Sequence record: KR296690.1
Length of the DNA stretch: 40,920 nucleotides
Source: Salmonella phage 36
Strand: one strand, 5' to 3'
A program made the position numbers and the translations under genes. Position 1 is the stretch's first letter. The number at the start of each line of letters is the position of its first letter. Positions 40,535 through 40,920 of the stretch are shown in pieces. Under the pieces are notes generated by a model. That model was not told where the DNA came from. It saw nothing but the letters and a program-made list of their open reading frames with translations, and made no database searches.

Positions 40535-40920
40535 GAGTATTTAGCCTCAAACAGATAAGCACCGCCAGCGGCTGAAAATCCAACTTCTTCCCGATACAGC
40601 GTGAAACGGTCTCCGTTTTCGTCGAACACGTATCCAGCAACAACACCTAACACGCGGCCTTGTTCGATCTGGTAACGCTTATCGGCTTTGAAAGTTTTCT
40701 TGATCTGCATGGAGTGATTTACCCATGTGCATTTAATGGTTTTGGTCTTAACGTGGCGATAACCTGGCTCATAAGCATCACACCATTTTGAACCTTTCGC
40801 CAACTCGCGAACCTGGAACACCTCCATTTCAACAACTTCACCGCTATCATTAACAGGAACCATTACCGCTTTAAAGCGAGCATTCATTAGTTTGTTGTCA
40901 GAATTGCGGATAACTTTCAT
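40531..40920 (-). CDS. hypothetical protein (129 aa)
   Basis: ORF MKVIRNSDNKLMNARFKAVMVPVND..., ATGA overlap with the downstream gene. Confidence 0.55.
   Translation of the reverse strand: MKVIRNSDNKLMNARFKAVMVPVNDSGEVVEMEVFQVRELAKGSKWCDAYEPGYRHVKTKTIKCTWVNHSMQIKKTFKADKRYQIEQGRVLGVVAGYVFDENGDRFTLYREEVGFSAAGGAYLFEAKYS

Noticed and set aside
1-40920. Programmed recoding or widespread pseudogenisation as explanation of broken genes
   Set aside because: Breaks affect nearly all essential genes, are single-base, have no shared slippery signal (except the chaperone), and many fall in homopolymers; sequencing indels are simpler.
1-40920. CRISPR array, transposase, integrase, or known defence operon
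   Set aside because: No direct-repeat/spacer pattern and no catalytic motifs for these classes were seen on either strand.

Overview
The window is about 41 kb of a tailed siphophage genome. I see no integrase, CI-type repressor, tRNA or CRISPR. Gene content and order (P22 gp3-like small terminase, TerL, DUF1073-type portal, SPP1 gp7-like head protein, DUF2184-like capsid, lambda-like tail module up to J, RecE-like exonuclease/Erf/SSB, minus-strand S74 tail fibre, Zn-ribbon primase, SF2 helicase, VRR-NUC, Dam-like methylase, holin/GH24 endolysin/unimolecular spanin) suggest a T1-like (Drexlerviridae-like) phage of an enteric host. That placement is inference. Transcription blocks: + (1-25.3 kb), - (25.3-31.4 kb), + (31.5-38.1 kb), - (38.1-40.9 kb). 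Nearly every long conserved gene is broken by single-base frame changes, often at homopolymers, so the record probably carries many indel errors and several genes had to be read across frames. The most interesting signal is a six-copy, both-strand intergenic element, TAGCAC-NNN-TTG(C/T)TAAAA, followed 18-20 nt later by a -10-like hexamer overlapped or abutted by a dyad. It lies 70-78 nt upstream of early-gene starts and is often fused to the stop codon of the preceding gene. One copy abuts a reconstructed Cro/YdaS-like HTH gene. Also notable: an AT-rich GAACA/TGTTC-rich control region after J, a Gly/Cys-rich protein of unknown role, an HTH-metallophosphoesterase fusion, tandem cement-protein paralogs, and a tail-assembly chaperone site whose likely original sequence is A AAA AAC TAA.
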